A stretch of 64,000 bases of DNA. Origin: an uncultured delta proteobacterium (GTDB lineage: Bacteria > Myxococcota_A > Polyangia > Polyangiales > Polyangiaceae). Within the stretch, counting starts at the first letter, position 1. Every line of letters begins with the position of its first letter. Position numbers and translations under genes: made by a program. The stretch covers positions 2,304,001 to 2,368,000 of the forward strand of contig CAWAIF010000003.1 of NCBI GenBank assembly GCA_963782055.1, in the 5' to 3' direction. This document shows, piece by piece, positions 9,752-18,747 of this stretch. The notes below the pieces were generated by a model that did not search any database, was not told where the DNA came from, and saw only the letters and a program-made list of their open reading frames with translations.

Positions 9752-10480
9752 ATGGCATGGGCAGTCAACGAGGTGCTGGAGTCATTCGACCGAGCAACTC
9801 GCAACCTCGGAGCGGACTTCTCTGCCGACCTCGCCCCAGCGCGCGAGAAGCTGGCCAGGCTGCTCCGCTCCTCGTCCCTCGGACCGGCCGAGCTGCTGGG
9901 ACACTTCGTGGAAGAGGATCCCAATTCGCTGCTGCTCGCGTCGTTGACGCTCGCCGATTGCCTTCCCCACGACGGAAAGGTGTGGCGGAGCGAGCTCATC
10001 GAGCTGCTCGCGGGCGATCTCGTCACGCGAGAGGACGTGGATTGCACCTCTCGACATCTCTGTGTTCTCGGGGACCTGCACACCTCGGGAAAGATCGAGG
10101 TGGGAGGCATGGATCCCCTGGGTTCTCTGGCCGTCGCCGGATCGGTCCGTGCCTCGTCTCTCTTCAGCGATGGCGTGATCGTCGTGAGAGGAGACGTGTC
10201 GGCCAAGTTCATCCAGCTCGAACACAACGATGGGACGCTTCGAACGCTCCGGGTGCTCGACGCCGATCTCCTGATCGCGACGCATGAACACTACTTCTAT
10301 GCCTCGGAGGAGAGCGTTCGTCACAGCTTCGACTCCGACGCCATGCAGGAAGAGGCGGCGCGCGGCTATCCAGCCCTGACCGCCCTTCTCGTGGACGAAT
10401 GTCAATCGGCCAAAGGCCCGGACCTGCAGGCCATCCATCGTCATTGCCGGGCGAACCTGCCGTTTCTGCGGGACACCTGA
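9752..10480 (+). CDS. Hypothetical protein with short beta-solenoid-like (V.GD/L) repeats
   Basis: LLAGDLV, VLGDLHTSG, LAVAGSVRA, IVVRGDVSA; more A/T-ending codons than neighbours. Confidence 0.6.
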   Translation: MAWAVNEVLESFDRATRNLGADFSADLAPAREKLARLLRSSSLGPAELLGHFVEEDPNSLLLASLTLADCLPHDGKVWRSELIELLAGDLVTREDVDCTSRHLCVLGDLHTSGKIEVGGMDPLGSLAVAGSVRASSLFSDGVIVVRGDVSAKFIQLEHNDGTLRTLRVLDADLLIATHEHYFYASEESVRHSFDSDAMQEEAARGYPALTALLVDECQSAKGPDLQAIHRHCRANLPFLRDT

Positions 10481-10565
10481 GCGCGCCGGTCAGGCGTCGG
10501 GAGGTCAGCACCCGCGGCGTCGCGAGCGAGCTCACCAGGTCCGCGCGAGCGTCGGCTGTCGCGAC

Positions 10566-11057
10566 TCAGCGCGGGGGGACGGCGGTTCCGGCGCGACCCG
10601 GCGCGAGCACCCGGATCGTGACGCGTAGCTGCCCGTCGACGACCGAGCAATTCGTCCCGAACGCGAAGCATGCGCAGCTCGGGTGGGCGCAGGCAGGGAG
10701 CTTCCTGCAGGAGTGCCGGGCGAACCCCGAGGGCCCTGTCGCGCGCTGCACGCCGCCGCTGTGTTCGACAATCTCGCAGTACTCGTCGGCGCGACACCGC
10801 CCGCACGGCCCCTTGCGCGCGACGGCGGCGTCCGCGACGGCGCCCGCGTCGGCATCGCCCCCGGCGTCGGCGGCGGCGTCGGGGGCGACGTCGGCGGCGG
10901 ACGCGTCCATCTTCGCGTCAGCGGCGGCGTCGCTCGCCGTCTCGCTGGCGGTCGGTGCGGCGTCGGGGACCCCCGAAGCCCGATGGCACCCGCCGGCGAG
11001 AAGGAGCGCAGCCGCCACCGACCCTCGAAGCACGCGGCGTGAATGGCTCGTCTCCAT
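10566..11057 (-). CDS. Cys-rich lipoprotein, hypothetical
   Basis: LLLAGG-C lipobox, DAA/DAG linker, CGRC..EYC...CRKLPAC..PSCAC. Confidence 0.7.
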   Translation of the reverse strand: METSHSRRVLRGSVAAALLLAGGCHRASGVPDAAPTASETASDAAADAKMDASAADVAPDAAADAGGDADAGAVADAAVARKGPCGRCRADEYCEIVEHSGGVQRATGPSGFARHSCRKLPACAHPSCACFAFGTNCSVVDGQLRVTIRVLAPGRAGTAVPPR

Positions 11058-11165
11058 GGCGCCGGAGCGTACCCGAACGCCCCGCCGACGGAAACGCGCT
11101 CGCCGACGCGCCCCGCGCTGCGCGCGAGGTGTGCGGCCGCTCCTGCAGGGCGTCGGGCCTTGACG

Positions 11166-12566
11166 ATGTCATCACGCTCGTCGAGGCTGCGCAGCCCTCC
11201 CGTGGTTTCCCTGCTCACACGACGAGACGGCGTGGCGTGGGCCGCGCTGGGTGCGGCGCCGTGGCTGCTCGTGACACGCGGGCCGTACCAGTTCGACGAC
11301 CTCGTCACGCCAGTAAGCGATCCCGCGAGCCAGTCGCTCGGCGCGTGGGGGCACCACCTCGGGCACACGCTGCGTCCCCTGGCGAAGCTCACGTTCGCGA
11401 TCGAGGCGAGCGCAGGGCTCGGCGGGATGCCGTGGGCGCGCCGCGTCGTGTCCATCGCGCTGCTCGCGGTCGGCGCCTGGCTTCTGGCGCGGCTGCTCGC
11501 GCGGCTCGGTGCGCGACTGGACGTCGCGATCGTTCTCGCCTGGATCTGGGCGGCCCACCCGGTGCAAGCCGAGTGCGTGCTCGCCCTCGCGGGCCGGCCG
11601 CTGCTCCTCGCGAACGTGTTGGGGCTAGGCGCGCTCCTCGCAGCGGCGAACCGGCGCGCGCGGCGCGCAGGCGTCCTGCTCGCGCTCGCGACGCTCTCGC
11701 GCGAGACGTCGGTCGCGCTCGCGCTTCCCGTCGGCGCGCTCCTCCTCGACTCGCCGGCCCCGCTCGGCGGGCGCGTTCGTGCGGCGCTCCGGACGCTCGA
11801 GCCTGTCGCGAGCGTGGTCGTCGTGACGATCGCGTGGCTCCTGGTCCAGCCGCGCTACCGTGAGCTCGCCGATTACTCCTTTCACGGGCGCCCGTGGGGT
11901 ACGAGCGTGATCGCGCAGATCGCCGCGTTGCCGATCGGACAGACGCTCTACATCCGACCGTGGGCGCTCACGGTGGACCACGGTGAAGCCCTTCCGAGCG
12001 CGCCCGATGCGCTCTTTGCGTGCGGGCTCGGTCTCTACGTCGCGGCGGCGATCGTCTTCGTCGTCGCCTGGCGCGCGCGACGGCGCGCACTCGCCGCGGG
12101 CGCGGCGACGTGGCTCGCCGCGCTGGCTCCGACGCAGAGCATCGTGCCGAAGCTCGATGCCCTCACCGAGAGGCCGCTCTCACTCGCGCTCGCCGCGCTG
12201 CTCGTCGTCGCGGTCGGCGCGCGGCCCTTGCGGCGCGCGTGGGGCGTGTCTCGAGGGCGACGCGGGGGTAGCGCGCCTGTCTTCGCCATGGTCGTCGTCG
12301 CGCTGCTCGCGAGCGCCGCGACGTACGAGCGCGGCAGCCTCTACTCGTCCGAGGAGGCGCTCTGGCGCGACGCCGCCTCGAAGTCGGTCGCGAACGCGCG
12401 CCCGCACTACAATCTCGCAAAGGTGCTGGAGGAGCAGGGGCGCTACGCCGCGGCGCTCGTGGAGGCGCGCGCCGCGGCGCGCATCGACCCGTACGACGGC
12501 CACGCCGCCGCGCTCGCCGAAATCCTTCGCGCTCGCGAACATCCGGACCTACAGTCGCCGCGATGA
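11166..12566 (+). CDS. TMTC-like GT-C membrane glycosyltransferase with C-terminal TPR
   Basis: YQFDD in first loop, RPL, HPVQAECV...GR, ER motif, LWRDA..KS..NARPHYNLA TPR; many TM helices. Confidence 0.75.
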   Translation: MSSRSSRLRSPPVVSLLTRRDGVAWAALGAAPWLLVTRGPYQFDDLVTPVSDPASQSLGAWGHHLGHTLRPLAKLTFAIEASAGLGGMPWARRVVSIALLAVGAWLLARLLARLGARLDVAIVLAWIWAAHPVQAECVLALAGRPLLLANVLGLGALLAAANRRARRAGVLLALATLSRETSVALALPVGALLLDSPAPLGGRVRAALRTLEPVASVVVVTIAWLLVQPRYRELADYSFHGRPWGTSVIAQIAALPIGQTLYIRPWALTVDHGEALPSAPDALFACGLGLYVAAAIVFVVAWRARRRALAAGAATWLAALAPTQSIVPKLDALTERPLSLALAALLVVAVGARPLRRAWGVSRGRRGGSAPVFAMVVVALLASAATYERGSLYSSEEALWRDAASKSVANARPHYNLAKVLEEQGRYAAALVEARAAARIDPYDGHAAALAEILRAREHPDLQSPR

Positions 12567-13312
12567 CCTCATCGCTCGTTCAGCGGCTCGTGGTCGCGGT
12601 CGTTGCGGGCGCGTCGATCCTCACGGCACCGACCTTCGGGCGTACGACGCCGCAGGAGATCGCGAACGAGAAGCCCTGCCTTCCGCCGCCCAACTGCCAG
12701 ACCCCGAAGCAGTGCTGCGCCTTCAAGCACGACAGCCTCCTCCGCTTCGAGATGGCCAACGCGCGCGCGATGCGCGACTGGTTCGGCGATCAGTGCAACG
12801 GGGTGAAGTACCCGACCGGCCACGACCTCTCGGTGGCTGCGGACGCAGCCGCGAAGGCGACGACGGCGGCGATGGCGCTCGCGACGGGCGTGACAGCCGC
12901 CGATCAGGCGATGCACAACAAAGCCGTGAACGACTTGAAGCATCGAGACCCGACGACTGACCCGGAGTGGTGCGACACGAAATTCCCGCCCGGCTTCGAC
13001 CGTCTGGACGTCTGCAAGGAGATCCTCGACGCCGAGAGAGTGCACGAGAGCGAGCACCGAGACTTCTGCGAGGCGATGAGGACGCCTGCCATGAGGTCGG
13101 CGTATGGCTCGGTGTTCAGCACCCAGGCGCAGGCCGAGGACGAACGGCGCGGTCACGCCATCCAGTATCTGAACCTGGTCCAGAAGTACGAGAAGGCGCG
13201 GCGCCGCTGTCTGTCGAGCAAGCAGCTGCTCACGCCGGAGCTGGAGAGGAAATCGAAGCAGTCGGTCCGGCGGGCGTACCACTCGTATTTGCACGGGAGC
13301 CGCTGCGAGTGA
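12563..13312 (+). CDS. Secreted Cys-containing protein with HExxH motif
   Basis: Signal peptide; ERVHESEH with downstream EDE; ATGA overlap with upstream stop. Confidence 0.65.
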   Translation: MTSSLVQRLVVAVVAGASILTAPTFGRTTPQEIANEKPCLPPPNCQTPKQCCAFKHDSLLRFEMANARAMRDWFGDQCNGVKYPTGHDLSVAADAAAKATTAAMALATGVTAADQAMHNKAVNDLKHRDPTTDPEWCDTKFPPGFDRLDVCKEILDAERVHESEHRDFCEAMRTPAMRSAYGSVFSTQAQAEDERRGHAIQYLNLVQKYEKARRRCLSSKQLLTPELERKSKQSVRRAYHSYLHGSRCE

Positions 13313-14466
13313 GGCGCGCGCTCCTGCGCGTGGTGGCGCGGCCGTTCTCCTGGTCGCTCTTCGCGCTCGGCGCGGCGGTGATGCACGTCGCGTGCGGCGG
13401 GGGAGCCGGTGCGACGTCCAGCACCCCGAGAGTGCCGACGATGGCGCCCCCCGGCGCGACCGCTGTCACGCCCGGCGCGGACGCGAGCGCCGCCCCCGCG
13501 GCCCCGCGCGCGACGGACGACGACGCCGCATGGACGGCTGCCTTCGACCAGGTGTCGTGTCACGGGAGCGACCTCCAGCAGTGCGGGGCGCACGCCGTCG
13601 ATGTCGTCGACGCCTACGGCTCGCTCGTCACCGTCGAGGACACCCGCGATCGGCGCTCTGTCCCGATCGGGATCGAGGCGATCCACGGCGACGACGCCGA
13701 GCTCGTCGTCGAGGGCCTCCGCATCGTCGGGGCCTTTCCCCGCGAGCCCGGGGTGTACGAAGCCGTCCTCCCTCGCCTCGACGACCCGCGCCCGGTCGTG
13801 CAGCGCCTCGCGGCCAGCATCCTTTCGGACACCGAGCGGGGTGCGGAGCTCGCCAGGCAGTACCAGAAGGGCCACGAAGGGTCGCTCGATGGCGTGACCC
13901 CCGACACCCACGACCCGGTCCGTTCGCCGGCGACGTGGGGGTTTCCCGTGCTCACGCACGCGACGCCATACCCGCCGGGCGATGGTCCCACGTCGCTCGG
14001 CTACGCAACGACGGCGACCGTGGAGCAGGTCGCGTCGTTCTACGCGCAGCAGCCCGGCGCCAAGCGGATGACCCCGACGGATTACGAGCATCTGCGCTCG
14101 CAGGCCGTCAGCGCCGCGGCGCAACCGCCGGAGATGGCAGAGCTCAAGAAGCTCGAGAAGCAGCTCACCCAGACCGTTCAGGCCGGCCACCCCCCCGATC
14201 CGGCGGTTATCGAGAAGATGCGAGAGCTCTCCGCGAAGGCAACTCAGCGAGTGATGACGGAGAAGGACGTGACGCCCTACCCCGGCGACTCCGTCCTCGC
14301 GGCCGGGCAGTTCGTCGTCCTCACGATGGATCAGAACGTCCCCCGCCGCTGGGTGGCCGTGTACCAGGAGCCCGCGTACCATCGGACGATCGCGATCCTC
14401 GCGTGGTCGAGGGCGATCAGCCCCGCGCCGATGCCCGGACCGATCGTGCTCCACGGCTGGGACTGA
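13309..14466 (+). CDS. Lipoprotein, hypothetical
   Basis: GTGA overlap with upstream stop; HVA-C lipobox; Pro/Ala linker. Confidence 0.7.
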   Translation: MRRALLRVVARPFSWSLFALGAAVMHVACGGGAGATSSTPRVPTMAPPGATAVTPGADASAAPAAPRATDDDAAWTAAFDQVSCHGSDLQQCGAHAVDVVDAYGSLVTVEDTRDRRSVPIGIEAIHGDDAELVVEGLRIVGAFPREPGVYEAVLPRLDDPRPVVQRLAASILSDTERGAELARQYQKGHEGSLDGVTPDTHDPVRSPATWGFPVLTHATPYPPGDGPTSLGYATTATVEQVASFYAQQPGAKRMTPTDYEHLRSQAVSAAAQPPEMAELKKLEKQLTQTVQAGHPPDPAVIEKMRELSAKATQRVMTEKDVTPYPGDSVLAAGQFVVLTMDQNVPRRWVAVYQEPAYHRTIAILAWSRAISPAPMPGPIVLHGWD

Positions 14467-14560
14467 TGAGCGACACCGCCAGCCGCAGTGCACGGCCTCT
14501 CCGTGCGTCCGGGCGATCCTGACCCGGATGCCCCCCTCGAGGTTGGGTCTGGTGGGGCGC

Positions 14561-15106
14561 TCATGGGTCGAGCAGCGACTCGAACCGCCGGAACTCGTCG
14601 CGCATCGCCGCGCCCAGCTCGGAGATGCGCTTCCACCTGGGGCTCTCCCGCAGCTCGGCGCGGAGCTCCAGACACACGTAGCGGACGCAGATGTTCGGCC
14701 TCTGCTCGGGCGAGAGTGAGCACCCGGTCGCGCCTCGGAAGGCGCACCCCGCGTGGTCGTCACGCGGGGGTCGCAGATCGCGCGGGGCGACGCCCGCGAG
14801 CTTGAGCGACGCCACCTCGGTTTGCGTGAACAGATCGAGCGTGCGGCTCCCGCAGCACGCGCCGCCCTCCCAGTGGCCCTGCGGCTCCGGACGGCGCCGG
14901 CCACAGCCCCGGCACGCCTCGACGTCGGAGAACGCCTGCGACATCGCGACGCGCAGCTCACGGAGGCGCGCCGCGCTCGCCACGGCTTCGGCCCCCGCCG
15001 CGCGCGCGCCCGGCTGTCCGCGAAACCGCGCGCGGAGTGTCGAGAGCTCGGCAGCTCGCGAGCCCGGCGGGGCCCGGCGGAGGAGGCGCTCGATCGGCAG
15101 GAGCAT
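14561..15106 (-). CDS. Cys-cluster (YkgJ/CxxCxxCC-like) putative metal-binding protein
   Basis: CRGC...GACC...GCAF....GCSL...QRPNICVRYVC. Confidence 0.65.
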   Translation of the reverse strand: MLLPIERLLRRAPPGSRAAELSTLRARFRGQPGARAAGAEAVASAARLRELRVAMSQAFSDVEACRGCGRRRPEPQGHWEGGACCGSRTLDLFTQTEVASLKLAGVAPRDLRPPRDDHAGCAFRGATGCSLSPEQRPNICVRYVCLELRAELRESPRWKRISELGAAMRDEFRRFESLLDP

Positions 15107-15215
15107 GCCCGGATTGTCGCGCGAGGGGGCGCCGCACGCAATCGTCCACGCCCAGGCCAGACCGCTCCCGCCCCCGATGCGCACCGGCGTCGAGCTCCGC
15201 ATGAGCCGCCTCCGC

Positions 15216-16016
15216 TCAGGTCTCCTCGCGCAACAGGACGCCGCAGATCCGCGCCACGATCGCGAAGGCGAAGACGGACACGATCTGGCCGAGCGCCGCG
15301 GCGGCGACGCCGTCGCCCAGGATGCCGCGGGCGACGAAGGACGAACCGAGCCACAGCGCCGCCGCTGGCGTGAGACAGAGGACGGCCGTCAAGTATGGCA
15401 CCGGGATCGCGAGGATGACGCGGTAGGCGAGCAGCGGGTCGAGGATCGTCGCCCCCGACTGGGACGCGGCGATCAGCCCTGCGGGGAAGTAAAGGTATGC
15501 GAGCAGCAGCGCGCCCAGCGACACCTCCGCCGGCCAGCCGAGCGCCCACGCGACGACGGCCGGTGCGAGGCAGAACCCGACGAGGAAGAGGTACCGGACG
15601 ACGACCGCCGCCGCTTCCCCGCGATCGGCGATGGACGAGTCGACGCTGATCTCGTCCTCGCCCGCGGCGGTCGATCGCACGATGGCGAACATGATCGCGA
15701 AGAGCGTCCCGTACGACACGAGCACCGCCAGGACCGCATAGACGACGCCGAGAAACCCCGAGACCAGTGCCAGCACGACGGCGATCGGGAGGAGCAGCGC
15801 GAGCGACCGCGGGTGGAGCGGAAAGCCGTACGCGAGCAGCATCTCGAGGGCGAGCGGCCGCGACACGCGCGACTGCGCCATGCTCGTCTCCTTACGCACC
15901 GGATCGCCGCACGCGGCGCAGGTCTGCATGCCGCCCGTCGCGCCGACCTGGAGGCGCTTCGTCTCCGCCCAGGCCAAGGACCGGTTGCAGCGCGGGCAGT
16001 AGTAGGTGTCTTCCAC
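15216..16016 (-). CDS. Membrane protein with N-terminal zinc ribbon
   Basis: CPRC...CAAC followed by about six hydrophobic segments. Confidence 0.7.
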   Translation of the reverse strand: MEDTYYCPRCNRSLAWAETKRLQVGATGGMQTCAACGDPVRKETSMAQSRVSRPLALEMLLAYGFPLHPRSLALLLPIAVVLALVSGFLGVVYAVLAVLVSYGTLFAIMFAIVRSTAAGEDEISVDSSIADRGEAAAVVVRYLFLVGFCLAPAVVAWALGWPAEVSLGALLLAYLYFPAGLIAASQSGATILDPLLAYRVILAIPVPYLTAVLCLTPAAALWLGSSFVARGILGDGVAAAALGQIVSVFAFAIVARICGVLLREET

Positions 16017-16052
16017 GGCAGTCCGTCTCGATGGAACGGGGCCCCCAGGCGC

Positions 16053-16799
16053 CTATTCGCGGTGTGAGGCCACGAATCCGTACTTCTCGACGAGAAGGCG
16101 CGTGTAGCCCTGCACGTGCGCGCGCCCCATCACGACGACCGCGGCGCCTTCGCGTCGATGATCGGCGAGCATCTGCACGGTGCCGGCGGCCATGAGCTCG
16201 TCCCGAAGCGTGAGGATGCCCATCAGGGGGTGGATCATCCAGCTCCACGAGAACCGGCGAAGGAGGATCGCCGGCACGAGCAAGATCAGGTGCGCCTGAA
16301 GGGCGAGGACCGCCATCGTGATGATGGCGGCGAGAGCGGGTGACACCGGCGCGATCAGCGGCAAGAAGAGGCCGAGGAACGCGACGATGAAGAAGATGGT
16401 CATGTAGAGCGACGTCACGTGCAGGCCGAAGGGCACCTGCCGGGTTCGCTCCAGCTCCACCGTGTAGCCCGACGGGAGCTGCTTCGCCTCCGTGATCGTA
16501 CTGTCCTTGATCGCCCCGAGCGAGACGAAGCGCAGGAGGAGCCGTGGCGCGTGGACGAGGACGCCGAGCGTCCGGCCGAGGAAGATCTGCTTGCGCTGGA
16601 ACGTCTCGACGCCGCGCAGCTCGAAGGCCGCGACGACGGCGCGTCCGATCTCCGCCGCCTCCGCGAGCTTGAGGTGCGCCTCGCCGAGGATCGCGACGGT
16701 GCGTCCATCAGGGGCGCGCACGAGACGGACCGCGTAGCTGAGGTTCTTCTCGCGGGCGCGCTGGAGCGCCTCACGCGCGCGATCGGGCAGGTCGTCCAC
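16053..16799 (-). CDS. TraB/TIKI-like membrane protein
   Basis: ILGEAH, RDELMA, VVVMGRAHVQG motifs; two central TM helices. Confidence 0.6.
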   Translation of the reverse strand: MDDLPDRAREALQRAREKNLSYAVRLVRAPDGRTVAILGEAHLKLAEAAEIGRAVVAAFELRGVETFQRKQIFLGRTLGVLVHAPRLLLRFVSLGAIKDSTITEAKQLPSGYTVELERTRQVPFGLHVTSLYMTIFFIVAFLGLFLPLIAPVSPALAAIITMAVLALQAHLILLVPAILLRRFSWSWMIHPLMGILTLRDELMAAGTVQMLADHRREGAAVVVMGRAHVQGYTRLLVEKYGFVASHRE

Positions 16800-16902
16800 G
16801 CCGGGCAGCCTAGCAGTCGCGAGCCGGGGCGCTACAGCCCCCGTGTCCCTTCGGGCCGGAGCGGGACGGTCGGTGATCCCGCGGAGCGACGAGCACGCCG
16901 AC

Positions 16903-17532
16903 TCAGCCCCCGTCGCACATGGGGAAGACGAACTTCCAGAGACCGTCCTTGCACTGCTCCTCGATGTTGTTCACGCCCTTGCCGCACGACGCGTAGTCGC
17001 AGACCTGGCCGTCCTGCGCGCAGGGGACGCCGAGGTGAGGGCGCGGGGAGGGGCAGCCGGAGGGAGGGTCGTCGCAGGTCCAGACCGGGCCGCCGTCGGC
17101 GGTCGTACCGCCCTTGGTGTTGCACGAGCACGTGGCATCGGAGAAGAAGCAGTTCAGCGGCGACGAACAGGCGCCGCCGTGGGGGATGTCCGCGCTCGTC
17201 TGGGGGCACGACGTGTTGTTCGGCGCGCAGACATTGCTGACGGGTGGCGCGACGCTCCATCCCTGCGTGGTGCAGGTCGCCGTGCTGTTGCAATAGGTCC
17301 AGTCAAAGTCGCCGTACTCGCACTGAAGGGCCAAGGAAGTGCAGGGCGTCCCATCGCCGGGCATGGTGGTCGGACAGCCCGCGGACGCGTCCTGACCGGC
17401 TTCGGTCGGTCCACCGCCGTCGGAGTCGGCGTGGCCCGCGTCGGCGGAGGGCGAGGGGCCTTCGTCGCCGCAGCCCGCGGCGATGAAGGACGCGCACGAA
17501 AGCGCGACCAAGAGAAGGGGACGTGAGAGCAT
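16903..17532 (-). CDS. Cys-rich repeat lipoprotein
   Basis: IAAG-C lipobox; three CP...P..G..C....C.Y/F...C....W modules. Confidence 0.8.
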   Translation of the reverse strand: MLSRPLLLVALSCASFIAAGCGDEGPSPSADAGHADSDGGGPTEAGQDASAGCPTTMPGDGTPCTSLALQCEYGDFDWTYCNSTATCTTQGWSVAPPVSNVCAPNNTSCPQTSADIPHGGACSSPLNCFFSDATCSCNTKGGTTADGGPVWTCDDPPSGCPSPRPHLGVPCAQDGQVCDYASCGKGVNNIEEQCKDGLWKFVFPMCDGG

Positions 17533-17816
17533 CCCATGAGTCTATCCCATTCGGGATACGCCACAACCGGTGGCCGCCAGCCCCTTCGTGCGCTGGTGCG
17601 CGGTGAACGCGACTGTCCTTGCCAGGCAAAGGGAGCGCGCCGCAACCGATGGCCACGCAGCCCTTCGGGAGTACGGCAACGACCGCACGCAGCTCGCGTT
17701 CGCCCAGGGCGACGTCGTCGATCGCGACGCGGTGATCAAGCAACGATGCACCGGCGTCCGCGGCGCTCGCGCTCGACGCGGGCGCGGAACGCGAGCCCGA
17801 GCTCGTTCCCGGCCTC

Positions 17817-18740
17817 TCAATATCCGCGACCACGAGGGAGGAGGGTGGCCGGCGCCTCGCCGCGCTCCACCCGCGCCACGTTCTCGAGCGTGAGGCGCGC
17901 CAGACGCTCCGCGTAGTCGTGGGAGAAGCCGGCGACGTGCGGGGTGATCAGGAGACGCGGCGTCGTCCACAGCGGGCTGGAGTCGGGCAGCGGCTCCCGG
18001 GCGAAGACGTCCAGCGCCGCGCCGCGCAGGGCGTTCGACCGGAGCGCGGCGACAAGGGCCTCCTCGTCCACCACGCCCCCGCGCGACATGTGCACGAGCA
18101 CCGCGCCGGGCTTCATCGCGGCGAGCGCGCGCGCGTCGATCAGGCCCCGCGTACGGGGCGTCAGCGGCAAGGTGACGACCACGTAATCGGCCTCGGCGAG
18201 GAGCGCGTGGAGATCGTACGGCGCGCTCGCGCGGGCGGAGGTGACGCGCATGCCGAGCGCCGCGCACGCCTGCGCAACCGCACGGCCCGCTTCCCCGAGA
18301 CCCAGCACGCAGACCGTCTTGCCCTGCACCGATCCGACCGGCACATGGCGATAGACACGCGCGCGCTGGTCCTCGCCGAACTGCAGCAGCTCGCGCTCGA
18401 AGGCGAGGATCATGGCCAGGGCGTGATCGCGCATCTCCGGCACGTGGAGGCCGCGCGCGTTGGCGATCTGGACGCGATCGGGGAGGCCCTCCAGCGCGGC
18501 GAAGGACTCGCTGCCCGACCCGAGCACCTGCACGAGGACCAGCCGCGCGGCCCGCGCCCAGTCGACGCGCGGCGCGACGCCTGCGAGCAGCACCTCCACC
18601 CCTGCGATGCCCTCGCCGAGCTCGCGGTCGTCCACGAAGACGATGGATCGGCCCGCACGCTCGACGACGTCGCGCATGGTGTCGCGCGTCTCGCCGGGGC
18701 CGAGCCACGCGTGGATCGTGCCGAGGCGGTGTGACATCAT
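17817..18740 (-). CDS. D-2-hydroxyacid dehydrogenase family protein
   Basis: VLGLGEAG, LPLTPRTRGLI, MKPGAVLVHMSRGGVVDE, AALDVF..EPL, ITPHVAG. Confidence 0.9.
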   Translation of the reverse strand: MMSHRLGTIHAWLGPGETRDTMRDVVERAGRSIVFVDDRELGEGIAGVEVLLAGVAPRVDWARAARLVLVQVLGSGSESFAALEGLPDRVQIANARGLHVPEMRDHALAMILAFERELLQFGEDQRARVYRHVPVGSVQGKTVCVLGLGEAGRAVAQACAALGMRVTSARASAPYDLHALLAEADYVVVTLPLTPRTRGLIDARALAAMKPGAVLVHMSRGGVVDEEALVAALRSNALRGAALDVFAREPLPDSSPLWTTPRLLITPHVAGFSHDYAERLARLTLENVARVERGEAPATLLPRGRGY

Positions 18741-18747
18741 CGCCGCA

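Noticed and set aside
17536..17816. Possible small ORFs between the Cys-rich lipoprotein and the dehydrogenase
   Set aside because: No motif, RBS or consistent frame could be supported
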